DNA of 42,696 nucleotides, taken from Betaproteobacteria bacterium. GTDB lineage: Bacteria > Pseudomonadota > Gammaproteobacteria > Burkholderiales > SG8-41. Within the stretch, counting starts at the first letter, position 1; each line of letters begins with the position of its first letter. The translations under genes and the position numbers were made by a program. The notes under the pieces are model-generated. The model was given only the letters and a program-made list of their open reading frames with translations. It was not told the DNA's origin and did not search any database. Location of the stretch: NCBI GenBank assembly GCA_021414185.1, contig JAIOOZ010000328.1:1-42696 (forward strand), in the 5' to 3' direction. This document shows, piece by piece, positions 1 through 9,447 of this stretch.

Positions 1-567
1 GGTATCAATCAGGCCGGGTGCGACGCAGTTGACGGTAATGCTGCGGCTCGCCAGCTCCACCGCCAGCGCCTTGGTGGCACCGATCAGGCCGGCTTTTGCG
101 GCACTGTAGTTCACCTGGCCGCGGTTGCCGGTGATGCCGGAGACCGAAGCGAGCGTCACGATGCGCCCGCCCTGGCGCGCGCGCACCATCGGCATCACGA
201 GCGGTTGCACCACGTTGAAAAATCCGTTCAGGCTGGTGTCGATGACGGCGTCCCAGTCGTCATCGGTGAGCGCGGCGAAGGTCTGATCGCGCGTGATGCC
301 AGCATTGCACACGACGCCGTAGTAAGCGCCGTTTTTTTCGAGGTCAGCAGCCAGTGCCGCGTGACACGCCGCGCGGTCCGCGACATCGAATTGCACGACC
401 GATGAGGGCTGCCCTGCGCCGGCAATTTCGGTCGCGACGCGTTCGGCATCGGCACGCCGGTCGCGGCAATGCACGGTGACCGCAAAGCCGTCGCAGGCAA
501 GGCGCTTGGCGATGGCGCTTCCTATGCCACGACTCGACCCTGTCACCAAGACCCGACGCGCCGTCAT
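1..567 (-). CDS. 3-oxoacyl-ACP reductase, SDR family (FabG/ApeQ-like); 3' end lies beyond the left window edge
   Basis: Absent from the ORF track because it runs off the edge. My reverse-strand translation from ATG at 567 reads MTARRVLVTGSSRGIGSAIAKRL (TGxxxGIG Rossmann motif). It ends at the edge with VNYSAAKAGLIGATKALAVELASRSITVNCVAPGLIDT (YxxxK catalytic motif). ATGA start/stop overlap with the upstream dehydratase gene. Confidence 0.85.
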   Translation of the reverse strand, partial: MTARRVLVTGSSRGIGSAIAKRLACDGFAVTVHCRDRRADAERVATEIAGAGQPSSVVQFDVADRAACHAALAADLEKNGAYYGVVCNAGITRDQTFAALTDDDWDAVIDTSLNGFFNVVQPLVMPMVRARQGGRIVTLASVSGITGNRGQVNYSAAKAGLIGATKALAVELASRSITVNCVAPGLIDT

Positions 568-1031
568 TGCGTACTCTGCTCGATAAATGTTCTGAAATCC
601 GCCGGCTCGAAGACTTTCAGCGTAGCGTGCGCGACGGTGTCGCCGCCGCACAGTATAGCGCAGTCATATGCGCCCAACCCGCTGGCATCGACGAACATGC
701 GGTGCGCCGTAATGACGAGTTCGGCATCCAGCAGAAAGCGCGGCACGACGGGACGGAACGTCCGGGTGCCGAGCAACACGCCTTCCTTCGGCGGCAATCC
801 GTTGCCGCGCGCGAGCAGGCTGACGTGGGCAACCACCGCCTGCGCCATCAATTCGAGGCCTATCCAGGCCGGCATGTGCCCGCCGGCCTCGGAATACCAT
901 GCGTTCGCGCGAACGCGGCAGCCCACGCTCACCGTATCGTTATCAAATGCAACAACGCGGTCAAGCAGCAGCATGGCGCCGCGATGCGGCAGCAGCGACG
1001 TGATGTCGGGAAACAGCGAGACCGCGTTCAC
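564..1031 (-). CDS. Hotdog-fold 3-hydroxyacyl-ACP dehydratase (ApeP-like)
   Basis: Within ORF 564..1292. I place the start at GTG 1031, which forms a GTGA overlap with the KAS stop. The N-terminus reads ...LLPHRGAMLLLDRV, typical of the APE-cluster dehydratase family. About 155 aa. Confidence 0.75.
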   Translation of the reverse strand: MNAVSLFPDITSLLPHRGAMLLLDRVVAFDNDTVSVGCRVRANAWYSEAGGHMPAWIGLELMAQAVVAHVSLLARGNGLPPKEGVLLGTRTFRPVVPRFLLDAELVITAHRMFVDASGLGAYDCAILCGGDTVAHATLKVFEPADFRTFIEQSTQ

Positions 1032-2221
1032 CTCGAGTCTCCGATCAGCACGCTGACGTTGCTGCCGCCGAAGGCAAACGAATTGCTCATGCAGATGCGT
1101 TCCCGGTCGTGCGCAAAACGCTGACCGGCGGCAACCAGCGCCAGCGCCGGCAGTGCGGGATCGGCCGCGCCGTCCCACACGTGCGGCGGCAAATGCCCGT
1201 TCCCGTCCGTCAGCGCAAGCCAGCAAAACGCGAGCTCGATCGCGCCCGCCGCTCCCAGCGCATGACCGGTAAGCGGCTTGGTCCCGCTGCACGGCATGCC
1301 GGCAGGCAAGGTGCGCGCGACGGCGAGACTTTCCATCTCGTCGTTCTTCAGCGTTGCCGTTGCATGCAGCTTGACATAGGCGACCGCCTCGGCGGCGATA
1401 CCGGCATCGGCGAGTGCCGCGCGCATCGCGGCTTCGGCGCCCGTTCCGTCCGGGGATGGCGCCGAAATATGATACGCATCGCTCGATTCACCGATGCCGA
1501 GCAACTCGACCGCCGCCGGCTCGCGTGTCAGCAGGAACAGCGCTGCCCCTTCGCCGATGTTGATGCCGCGGCGGTTGCGGCTCATCGGGTTGCACAGGGT
1601 GGAGGTGGTCAATTCGAGCGCGGTAAACCCGCTCACCGTCAGCCGGCACAGCGAATCGACACCGCCGACAATTACAGCATCGCATATATCGAGGCGCAGC
1701 AGATTGCGCGCCGACGCGAAGGCCTTGGCACTCGAGGTGCATGCCGTCGAGACCGTAAACGCAGGGCCGGGCAAACCGAGATAGCGCGCGAGAAAAACCG
1801 CCGGCATGCCGATTTCCTGCTGCGCGTAGTCAAAACCCGGCGGCGGCGGTTCACCTTTGTGCAGCGCGCGCATTGCCGCTTCGCCTTCGTCGATTCCCGC
1901 GGTACTGCCGCCGAGCACAACTCCGATGCGGGCGCGCCCGTAGCGCTTTGTCGCCGCATCCAGCGCAGGCATGATCTGCGCCAGCGCGGCGAGCAGCAAC
2001 TGGTTGTTGCGACAACGGTAGCGCGCAAACGCCGGCGGGATTTCCGGCAGTTCGCCGCGCGCGCGTCCGACGCGCGCTTCGCCCTCTTGCAACCAGCCCG
2101 CCTCCAACACCATGCCGGAGCTGTCGCCGGCGAGCAGGCCGCGGCAGACTTCATCGCGCCCGCTGCCCAATGCATTGATCACGCCGAGCGCGGGCAGATA
2201 GCAGCGCAACGCTGCAGTCAT
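1028..2221 (-). CDS. Beta-ketoacyl-ACP synthase, KAS I/II type (ApeO-like elongating KS)
   Basis: Within ORF 1028..2446. Start taken at Met76 (2221), an ATGA overlap with the upstream lipoprotein gene. Active-site Cys in VSTACTSS. Two His in KLHATAT and TGHALGAAG. C-terminal SNSFAFGGSN. Confidence 0.9.
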   Translation of the reverse strand: MTAALRCYLPALGVINALGSGRDEVCRGLLAGDSSGMVLEAGWLQEGEARVGRARGELPEIPPAFARYRCRNNQLLLAALAQIMPALDAATKRYGRARIGVVLGGSTAGIDEGEAAMRALHKGEPPPPGFDYAQQEIGMPAVFLARYLGLPGPAFTVSTACTSSAKAFASARNLLRLDICDAVIVGGVDSLCRLTVSGFTALELTTSTLCNPMSRNRRGINIGEGAALFLLTREPAAVELLGIGESSDAYHISAPSPDGTGAEAAMRAALADAGIAAEAVAYVKLHATATLKNDEMESLAVARTLPAGMPCSGTKPLTGHALGAAGAIELAFCWLALTDGNGHLPPHVWDGAADPALPALALVAAGQRFAHDRERICMSNSFAFGGSNVSVLIGDSR

Positions 2222-2799
2222 CGCCGCTCCTCCGGAACACTGTCCGGTTCCGGCAAGGTGTCGATGTCGAGCACCAGCCGCGCAGCAGGTGCTGTTATGC
2301 GCAGTTTGCGAAATGACGGCGGCGTTCCTTCGGTCTGCACGCTCATGAGCGTAGCCCCGCCCGCGCCGAGTACGCGCCGGTGCCCCGCCGTCTCTTCGAT
2401 GGTCACGCCGCCCGTGAGCCCGGCGCGTACCGCATCGAGCGGCCACAGCGCGAGCTGCACCAGTGCCGCGACCAGCACCGGGTCGAGCCGGTCACGCAAC
2501 GGCCCTGCTGCGTTTATGCGTGCCATCCGATTATCATATTCGAGTTGCAGCAGTTTTTGTCCTAAAGGTGTGACGACGACCATGCGCATCGCGTCGGCGT
2601 CGACTTCGATTTCGGCGAGCAAACTATAGCCGGCGCCATCGCGGGCAACTTCCACCCGCTGCGTGGCCTGGAACGCGGTCACAAGCGACGTTTGCTGCAG
2701 GCAGTAACGCCCGCCTTCGGGCAGACGCGTGCAGCCGGGTTCCTCGATTCCCGCGCAGGCTGCCAGCGCGGCGACGCCGGCGACGATCAGTCTGCGCAC
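2218..2799 (-). CDS. Lipoprotein, DUF3261-like (ApeN-like)
   Basis: 193 aa with a GTG start. Signal peptide with lipobox LAAC (MRRLIVAGVAALAACAG). Its position between the MMPL exporter and the KAS matches APE clusters. Family assignment rests on position and size, not on a motif I can verify. Confidence 0.65.
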   Translation of the reverse strand: MRRLIVAGVAALAACAGIEEPGCTRLPEGGRYCLQQTSLVTAFQATQRVEVARDGAGYSLLAEIEVDADAMRMVVVTPLGQKLLQLEYDNRMARINAAGPLRDRLDPVLVAALVQLALWPLDAVRAGLTGGVTIEETAGHRRVLGAGGATLMSVQTEGTPPSFRKLRITAPAARLVLDIDTLPEPDSVPEERR

Positions 2800-5153
2800 A
2801 CCGGATCCCGGCGAAAGCTCAATACCATGGGCGCCAGCAACACCGCGATGCCGATGCCGATCAGCAGCGAGAGGCCGAAATTATGCAGTGCCGGCATCGA
2901 ACTCAGCGCCAGCAGGCCGAACGACAGCAAGGTGGTGGCCGCCGACAGCAATACGCCGAGCAGCGTCGCCGCTTCACTTTCGCCGCCCTCGCGCAGAAAT
3001 ATCGCGTAGTTCACGCCGACGCCGAGCACCAGCATCAGCCCCATCAGATTGAACAGCGTAATCGAGACGCCGAGGTAGCCGAACAGCCCCAGAGAAACTC
3101 CCATTGCGAGCAGAGTCGGTGCCAGCATCGCCGCGCCATCGCGCCAGCCGTACCGCACGCGCAGCACCAGAAATACCAGGATGGCGGCGCCGAACAGCCA
3201 GAGCCCGCCCCATTTGCGCAGATCGCGGAACAGGCGGGAAACACTGCGCGCTTTATCAACGAGTATTACGCCGGACAGATCGCGCGCCGCTTCGTCCAGT
3301 ACGCCGATGTCGCGCGCGCCATTCGGCACCACGACTGAAGCAAAACCCTGCGCGGTTTGACCCAGCCACAAATGGCGGTAAGGCGTCGACAATGGCGACT
3401 CCATCCAGGCGTCCGGCGTCAGCGGCTTGCCTTCGCCGCGTTGAAAGTCGGCGAGCAACGCGGCTATCACTTCGTCGCGCAAGCCTTCGCGAGCGAGCAG
3501 CGCGCGCAGTTGCGCGGGATCACCGAACACGGCGCGCTCCCACAACACGCGGTTTTCATGTTGCTGCGCCGCGGACGGCACGAACGACGTGATGGCCTGA
3601 AAATTATTCAGGCCATCGCGGGCAACCAGCGCGCGCAGGCGCTGGCTCAGGCGTTGTTCGTTTTCCAGCACCTGTTGTGGCGTCTGCCCTTCGACCAGAA
3701 AAAACTGGCTGCTGTTGCCCACACCGGTCAGCGCGCGGATCCGCTCGGCCTGTTCGACCAGCGCGGGCGGCCGGTTGATGAGCAGGCGAATATCGTCGTC
3801 GCCGCTGAGGCGCAACAGCCCCGGGATAGAGAACAGCAGCAGCGCAGCCATCAGCGCGAGACAAGCGCGCCGTGTCATGTGTAAACGCCACCACGCCAGC
3901 ATCCGGCGCGGTGTTGCGACCGCAGCCTCGACATCGCGCTGCGACGCTTTGCGCAGCATTGCGGGCAGCAGCAATACCACCGATATGTAAGCGACGGTCA
4001 AACCTGCCAGCGCGAAAAAGCCGATCTGGCGCAGAGCCGGGAAAGGCACCAGCAGCAGCGACGCATATCCCAGCACGCTGGTGGCGAGCGCCACGCTCAG
4101 TCCGGGCAAAATGCGCTTCAATCCGGCGCGGGCTTCCCAGTTGGCGCCAGCCCCCAGGCGCGCGGAAAAATACTGGATCGAGTAATCGATCGCCTCGCCG
4201 AGCAGGCTGGCGCCGAACACCAGCGTGAGCAGAAACAACTCGCCGAATACCAGCACCGTGAACAATATCGCTGCGCTGATGCCGATGCCTACCGACAAGA
4301 GGCCGAGCAGCAGCGGACGCGGCGAACGAAACGCCCACAGCATCAGGATAATGACGCCGGTCAGCGAGCCTACGCCTATCATGTCCATCTCGCGCGCTGC
4401 CGACGCGCGTGCGGCTTGCGCAAAAAAAACCGTGCCGGTACGCAACAGTTCGATGTCCGGCGCGTCGCGGCGCATCGCCGCTTCGGCTGCCGTTACGCCG
4501 GCGAGCGCTTTTTCCTGCGTTGTATTGTCATAGGCCGAGCCGTCGAGCGCGGCTGAAACCAGGACATAAGTGGCGTTCGCTCCCCGCGCAACCAGCAAAC
4601 CATCCTCCGGCTCAAGCCGGATATTGCCCAGCGGCAGCTCACCCAGCCACGCGTCAAGCAACCCAAACGGATCAAACGATGGCGCCGCGGTCAAACCCGC
4701 GCGTATCGGACTGTAGAGTTTCTGCCGCAGGCGGTTTTCAAGCTCGCCCGGTCCGCGCGCCAAGGCGGCGCGGTCCCGCTCGCTCAGCAGCATGAAACGA
4801 TATGGCGCGTAGAAATCGACGATGCGGCGCGGATCGATAGGCCCGACTTCGAGTTGCACGCGATCGAGGCCGCCGGCGCGCAGGCCCGCCGCAAAACGGC
4901 GCGCGGCATCTTTCGCCTTCGCCGGCTCGCGGTGTCCAATCAGGAACACCGCGCGATTGCCCGCCGCATCGGCAAGCGCGCTGACCGCGCGCTCGGCAAC
5001 CGGATTGCGCTCGGTCGGCGGCAGCAGCAGCATCAGGTTGGTCTGCAGGGGCGGGTCGCCCGCGAACAAAACCGCGCAGCTTATAACGAGCGCGGCGGCC
5101 AGCACGCTCCAGAGCGCCGTGAGCCAGCGGGCGTTCCGCAACAGCTCTTTCAT
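2787..5153 (-). CDS. MMPL/RND-superfamily membrane exporter (ApeM-like)
   Basis: Within ORF 2787..5555. Start at Met135 (MKELLRNARWLTALWSVLAAALV), an ATGA overlap with the LolA-like gene stop. Two blocks of multiple hydrophobic helices are separated by large soluble loops, as in MMPL proteins. Confidence 0.8.
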   Translation of the reverse strand: MKELLRNARWLTALWSVLAAALVISCAVLFAGDPPLQTNLMLLLPPTERNPVAERAVSALADAAGNRAVFLIGHREPAKAKDAARRFAAGLRAGGLDRVQLEVGPIDPRRIVDFYAPYRFMLLSERDRAALARGPGELENRLRQKLYSPIRAGLTAAPSFDPFGLLDAWLGELPLGNIRLEPEDGLLVARGANATYVLVSAALDGSAYDNTTQEKALAGVTAAEAAMRRDAPDIELLRTGTVFFAQAARASAAREMDMIGVGSLTGVIILMLWAFRSPRPLLLGLLSVGIGISAAILFTVLVFGELFLLTLVFGASLLGEAIDYSIQYFSARLGAGANWEARAGLKRILPGLSVALATSVLGYASLLLVPFPALRQIGFFALAGLTVAYISVVLLLPAMLRKASQRDVEAAVATPRRMLAWWRLHMTRRACLALMAALLLFSIPGLLRLSGDDDIRLLINRPPALVEQAERIRALTGVGNSSQFFLVEGQTPQQVLENEQRLSQRLRALVARDGLNNFQAITSFVPSAAQQHENRVLWERAVFGDPAQLRALLAREGLRDEVIAALLADFQRGEGKPLTPDAWMESPLSTPYRHLWLGQTAQGFASVVVPNGARDIGVLDEAARDLSGVILVDKARSVSRLFRDLRKWGGLWLFGAAILVFLVLRVRYGWRDGAAMLAPTLLAMGVSLGLFGYLGVSITLFNLMGLMLVLGVGVNYAIFLREGGESEAATLLGVLLSAATTLLSFGLLALSSMPALHNFGLSLLIGIGIAVLLAPMVLSFRRDPVCAD

Positions 5154-5782
5154 TCCCGGCCGAACAATTGCGTTTCGGCTTCGCTCAACGCCGCATCGCC
5201 GCGGGACTTGCGGAAATCGATGCGCGTCAGATCGTCGCCGCCGGGTTCGATACGAATGGAATCGACGAACTCGCCGCCGGCCAACTGCATCCGCTGCAGA
5301 AACTGCGCCAATTGCACCTGCCGCGGCTTCAATGTCACTTCCCATTTCGCTGCGTCGCCGCTGGCGGTGGTCTCGAAATACGCGCGCAGCGAAACGGCGT
5401 CGGCACTCAGTATGGCGCGGAATATGCGTCCGATTTCCGCCAGCCCCGGCACCTCGCGCGGGCCGCGCGAGCGGCGCGTGCCGTCGGCCGCGATTTCGAC
5501 TATGCGGTCCTCGGCAAGGATGTAAGAGATGCGGTACGGCTGCTCGATCTGCCACAGCACGCCGTGCTGACGCGAAAACAGCAGGCGCCCCGAGGACACG
5601 AGCGGACGCTTGAGCGCCGCGATGCGCTGGGTTTGCACGAATTCAGCGCGCACCACGGGATATTTATTCAGGCGGGCGCCGACCTGCGCGAAAACGTCGA
5701 ACGCGCCGTCGTCCGCGGCGATTGCACCCTGCACCGCAAACGCCAGCACGACAGCCAGCGCGAGCCGCCTCAGGACGGACAT
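5150..5782 (-). CDS. LolA-like outer-membrane lipoprotein carrier family protein (ApeL-like)
   Basis: 210 aa with a cleavable signal peptide (MSVLRRLALAVVLAFAVQGAIAADD). Size and position fit the LolA-like component of APE clusters. Confidence 0.65.
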   Translation of the reverse strand: MSVLRRLALAVVLAFAVQGAIAADDGAFDVFAQVGARLNKYPVVRAEFVQTQRIAALKRPLVSSGRLLFSRQHGVLWQIEQPYRISYILAEDRIVEIAADGTRRSRGPREVPGLAEIGRIFRAILSADAVSLRAYFETTASGDAAKWEVTLKPRQVQLAQFLQRMQLAGGEFVDSIRIEPGGDDLTRIDFRKSRGDAALSEAETQLFGRE

Positions 5783-6189
5783 GCCTTCGCCAGTTTTTCG
5801 AACACGATCGCCGGCGAGACAAACTGCAATTCGCCGGTCTTGGCATCGACCGCAACCTGGATGGTGTGGCCCTGCGTCAGCTTGACGGCGCTGGCCGCAT
5901 CGTCGATCCGGTACGCGATCTTGAAACGATTTTCATATTCGAGCAGTTCAGCGTGTACGCGCAGGCGCTGGCCATAGCGCGCCGAGCGCACGTACTTCAA
6001 CCGGCACTCGACGATGGGCCATACATAACCGGACGCGGCCATCTGTGGATAGTCGTAGTCGAATTTGCGCAGCAAGGCGCAGCGCGCAATTTCGAAATAC
6101 TTGAGGTAATGCCCGTGCCAGGCTACCGCCAGCACGTCGAGGTCGTGAAACGGCACTTCGAGTTCGACCTCGGCGGACAGGCGCGGCAT
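5770..6189 (-). CDS. 4HBT/YbgC-type hotdog acyl thioesterase (ApeK-like)
   Basis: 139 aa. The N-terminal VEVPFHDLDVLAVAWHGHYLKYFE resembles the 4-hydroxybenzoyl-CoA thioesterase fold with the catalytic Asp region. Confidence 0.8.
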   Translation of the reverse strand: MPRLSAEVELEVPFHDLDVLAVAWHGHYLKYFEIARCALLRKFDYDYPQMAASGYVWPIVECRLKYVRSARYGQRLRVHAELLEYENRFKIAYRIDDAASAVKLTQGHTIQVAVDAKTGELQFVSPAIVFEKLAKACPS

Positions 6190-6190
6190 T

Positions 6191-7771
6191 TCAGTACAGC
6201 TCCCAGGTGCCGGCGCGGATCAGATGCGTCATGCTGCGCAATTCGCTTTCGAGCGCGCGGTCCTCGTCGAGAAACGGCGAGTGCGCGGCGATGGCCCCGA
6301 CAAACTGCGCGACTGCCGGCGCCACGCCTGCGCCCGCGGCGGAATTCTCCTCGCGCTCGCGCAGGCGCAAAGCCTGGCAGGCGCCGAGCGTCAGCGCGGC
6401 CGCCACCTGTTCGGTCAGTTCGAGTATGCGCAGGCAATCGCGGGCGGCGATCGTGCCCATGCTCACCTTGTCCTGGTTGTGGCATTCGGTCGAGCGCGAA
6501 AATACGCTGGCCGGCATGGTCAGCTTGAGCGCTTCGGCGGTCCACGCCGACGTGCCGATCTGCACCGCCTTGAAACCGTGATTGATGGCCGCGCGACCGG
6601 CGCGCGCGCCGGACAGGTTTTCCGGCAGGCCATGATTGAACTTGCTGTCGACCAGCAGCGCGAACTGGCGGTCCATCAGGTCGGCGAGATTGGCCACCGC
6701 GGTCTTCAGCGCATCCATGGCGAAAGCAATGTGCCCGCCATAGAAGTGGCCGCCGTGCAGCACGCACTCCGCGTCGCCATCTATGATGGGATTGTCGTTG
6801 GCGCTGTTGAGTTCGTTCTCGATGTCGCGCCGCATCCACGTCAACGCGTCGCGCGCAACACCGATGACGTGCGGCGCGCAGCGGATCGAATAACGGTCCT
6901 GCAGCCGCATCGGTTCGTTTTGCGCAACGGCGGCGATGTCGCCGTAAATCCAGGCCGCGGACTCATTCTGGCCGGCGTGCGGTTTGACCGCGAACAGCCG
7001 CGGATCGAAGTGACCGCGGTTGCCGCGCAGCGCCACTGCCGCCATTGCGGTCAGCCGGCTGCACAAACGCGTCAGGTATTCAGCGCGCCGCCACGCGAGA
7101 CAGGCCAGTGCCGTCATCACCGCGGTGCCGTTCATGATCGCAAGCCCCTCTTTCGGCCCCAACGTCATGGGAGCGAGGCCCAGTTCCGCCAGCACACGGG
7201 CGACCGGCTGCCGCGCGCCTTTGTGCAGCACGTCGCGTTCGCCGACGATCGCGGCGGCGACATACGACAACGGCGTCAGGTCGCCGCTGGCGCCAACCGA
7301 ACCTTCGGCAGGAATCAGCGGCAGCACGCGGTGATTGATGAGTTGGGCCAGCCGTTCGAGCAGTTCCCAGCGCACCCCGGAGTAACCCTGGGCCAGCGAG
7401 TTCAGGCGGCAGGCCAGCACCGCGAGCGTCGCATCCTCGGGCAGATATTCCCCCAGCCCGCAACCGTGATAGCGGCTCAGGTGCAACGGCAATTCGGCAA
7501 TGAGGTGTGGCGGCACGGGAACGGTGCAGGAATCGCCGTAACCGGTGTTCACGCCATAGACGATTTCGCCGCTGTCGAGCAGGCGTTCCAGGTACGCAAC
7601 ACCTTTGCGGATGCGCGCGGTAAACGCCGCGTCCGGCGACAACGCGACGTGCGCCACTTCAGTGGCGACGGCGACGACGTCTTCTATCGTCATGCGCCGG
7701 GCGCCGACTTCTATCGTGCGCAGTTTACCTGTAGCCGTTTGCCGAGGAACGGCTGGCGAACCGATAGTCAT
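6191..7771 (-). CDS. MIO-dependent aromatic amino-acid ammonia-lyase (HAL/TAL/PAL family); substrate unassigned
   Basis: 526 aa. The MIO-forming Ala-Ser-Gly triad lies in GSVGASGDLTPLSYVA (residues 161-163, nt about 7283..7291). The N-terminal YGVNTGYGD motif is present. ATGA overlap with the upstream GT gene. Confidence 0.9.
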   Translation of the reverse strand: MTIGSPAVPRQTATGKLRTIEVGARRMTIEDVVAVATEVAHVALSPDAAFTARIRKGVAYLERLLDSGEIVYGVNTGYGDSCTVPVPPHLIAELPLHLSRYHGCGLGEYLPEDATLAVLACRLNSLAQGYSGVRWELLERLAQLINHRVLPLIPAEGSVGASGDLTPLSYVAAAIVGERDVLHKGARQPVARVLAELGLAPMTLGPKEGLAIMNGTAVMTALACLAWRRAEYLTRLCSRLTAMAAVALRGNRGHFDPRLFAVKPHAGQNESAAWIYGDIAAVAQNEPMRLQDRYSIRCAPHVIGVARDALTWMRRDIENELNSANDNPIIDGDAECVLHGGHFYGGHIAFAMDALKTAVANLADLMDRQFALLVDSKFNHGLPENLSGARAGRAAINHGFKAVQIGTSAWTAEALKLTMPASVFSRSTECHNQDKVSMGTIAARDCLRILELTEQVAAALTLGACQALRLREREENSAAGAGVAPAVAQFVGAIAAHSPFLDEDRALESELRSMTHLIRAGTWELY

Positions 7772-9447
7772 GTTTTGCCTTGTGCTTCCACGCGCCAGAA
7801 ATCGTAAAAATTAAACCATTGTTCGGGTGCCTTGACGCAGTAGCTTTCCAGCCGCTGCGCATAACGCTGCACGTAATCCTGCAACCGCGCGGCACGCTCC
7901 TGCCGCGGCAATTCAATGCGCTCCGCGAAATGCTCCAGGTATACCCGGTAGCGTGCGCCGTCGCGCAGGCAGAAAAACAGGTACACCGGGCACTCCAGCA
8001 GGCTCGCCAGGATAAACGGCCCCTGCGCGAACGGCGCCGGGCGCCCCAGAAAATCCGCATAGCATATCCTGCCGCTCTCGGCCGGCGGCGTGCGGTCGCC
8101 GACGATGACCAGCAGCTCGCCGCGTTCGATCTTCTCGCGCAGCTGGATCGCGGTGTCCGGACCGAACGCCGAAACCTGGATCAGGTTTACGCCAAAATCG
8201 GCATTGGCCTGCTGCAGCAATCCATTAAAGCGTATCGCATGATCAGTATAAATGACTGCGTTGACGGTAGCGGCATGACCGCCGACCGCGAGCGCGCGCG
8301 TCATCTCCAGGTTGCCGAGATGCGAGCCGACGATCACCGCTCCCTTGCCGCGAGCGATCAGGCGCTCGAATTCGGCGCGTTCGGGGAATTCGGCGCGCGC
8401 TGGATCGAAACAACCGATCCAGGCAATGAACTTGTCGAGCCCGCTCTCGGCAAAGGCATACATATGACGATAGCTGTCGCGCCAGGTCGGCGGCCGGCCG
8501 GCTGAAAAATTGGCAAGTTGCTGCAAATACGCGCGCGATGCGCCACGCGCGCGCGCGCGGGTAACAAAGTAGTACGTGACGATCGGATACAACATCAACC
8601 GCGCCATGCGATCGCCCAGCACGCGGTAGCAGATAAACACCGACTGGATGCCTAACCGCGTGCCGAGCTCGCGCAGTTTCGACCAGTGGCTGCTGCTGCC
8701 GCCCGCGGCGTGCTGGATCTTGCGCGCCAGCAGCAGCGGCAGACGCAGCAGCATGCCCAGCGTGAGGCGAGTGTGCGTGGCGGTGATGCGCAGATTGTCG
8801 CGTAGCATATCGAAGTGCGAGACGCTGTCGGCGGGATAGGTAACGCGGGTCGGGATATTTTCCACGGACAGGCCGCGCCAGTGCAGGCGGACGACGATTT
8901 CACTGTCGAAATTCATGCGCTGTGGAATGGCGACCGCATCGATCAGCGCGCAGGTTGCTGCCAGCGGATACAGTCGAAATCCGCACATCGAATCGCCGAT
9001 GTCGAATGACAGGGTTTCCACCCACACCCAGAAATGCGTGAGGTAACGGCCATAGAACCGGGCCCGCGGCACGGACGCATCGAAAATCGGCCGCCCGCAA
9101 ATGACCGCTTCGGGATTGCGCCTGCCGCGCTCGAAAAAAAGCGCGACGTCGGCAGCATCGTGCTGACCGTCGACATCGATTTGCAACGCGTGCGTGTGAC
9201 CGGCGGCGTAAGCGTCGCGCATGCCGCGCATTACTGCAGCTCCCTTGCCCTGATTTTGCTCGATACGTATTAGCCGCACCAGCGTGCAACTCGCGGCCGC
9301 GTCACGCAACGCCGTTTGCGTCGCGCCATCACTGCCGTCATCGACCAGATAGATCGGTACTGCATAGTCCGCCAGCCTCGCCACCGTGGTACCGACTGTG
9401 GCCGGATGGTTATAGACGGGAACCACCAGGCAGGGCGAAAAATTCAT
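7768..9447 (-). CDS. Fusion protein: family-2 glycosyltransferase (N-terminal) plus LpxL/HtrB-like lipid acyltransferase (C-terminal); ApeJ-like
   Basis: 559 aa. N-terminal GT2 motifs are VVPVYNH, LVDDGSDG and IDVDGQHD. Hydrophobic linker helices follow. The C-terminal half carries VGSHLGNLE (HxxxxE/D acyltransferase motif) and ends QWFNFYDFW, like lauroyl/myristoyl acyltransferases. Confidence 0.8.
   Translation of the reverse strand: MNFSPCLVVPVYNHPATVGTTVARLADYAVPIYLVDDGSDGATQTALRDAAASCTLVRLIRIEQNQGKGAAVMRGMRDAYAAGHTHALQIDVDGQHDAADVALFFERGRRNPEAVICGRPIFDASVPRARFYGRYLTHFWVWVETLSFDIGDSMCGFRLYPLAATCALIDAVAIPQRMNFDSEIVVRLHWRGLSVENIPTRVTYPADSVSHFDMLRDNLRITATHTRLTLGMLLRLPLLLARKIQHAAGGSSSHWSKLRELGTRLGIQSVFICYRVLGDRMARLMLYPIVTYYFVTRARARGASRAYLQQLANFSAGRPPTWRDSYRHMYAFAESGLDKFIAWIGCFDPARAEFPERAEFERLIARGKGAVIVGSHLGNLEMTRALAVGGHAATVNAVIYTDHAIRFNGLLQQANADFGVNLIQVSAFGPDTAIQLREKIERGELLVIVGDRTPPAESGRICYADFLGRPAPFAQGPFILASLLECPVYLFFCLRDGARYRVYLEHFAERIELPRQERAARLQDYVQRYAQRLESYCVKAPEQWFNFYDFWRVEAQGKT

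Noticed and set aside
2787-5555. N-terminal extensions of the ORF-track maxima. They affect the MMPL exporter, KAS 1028..2446, pepP 20913..22418, acyltransferase 12265..13275, murU 22267..23223, dehydratase 564..1292, KS-like 13064..13855 and cytochrome c4 32926..33576.
   Set aside because: The extensions are Arg-rich and run through the preceding gene. Internal starts give family-typical N-termini or signal peptides and ATGA/GTGA coupling.
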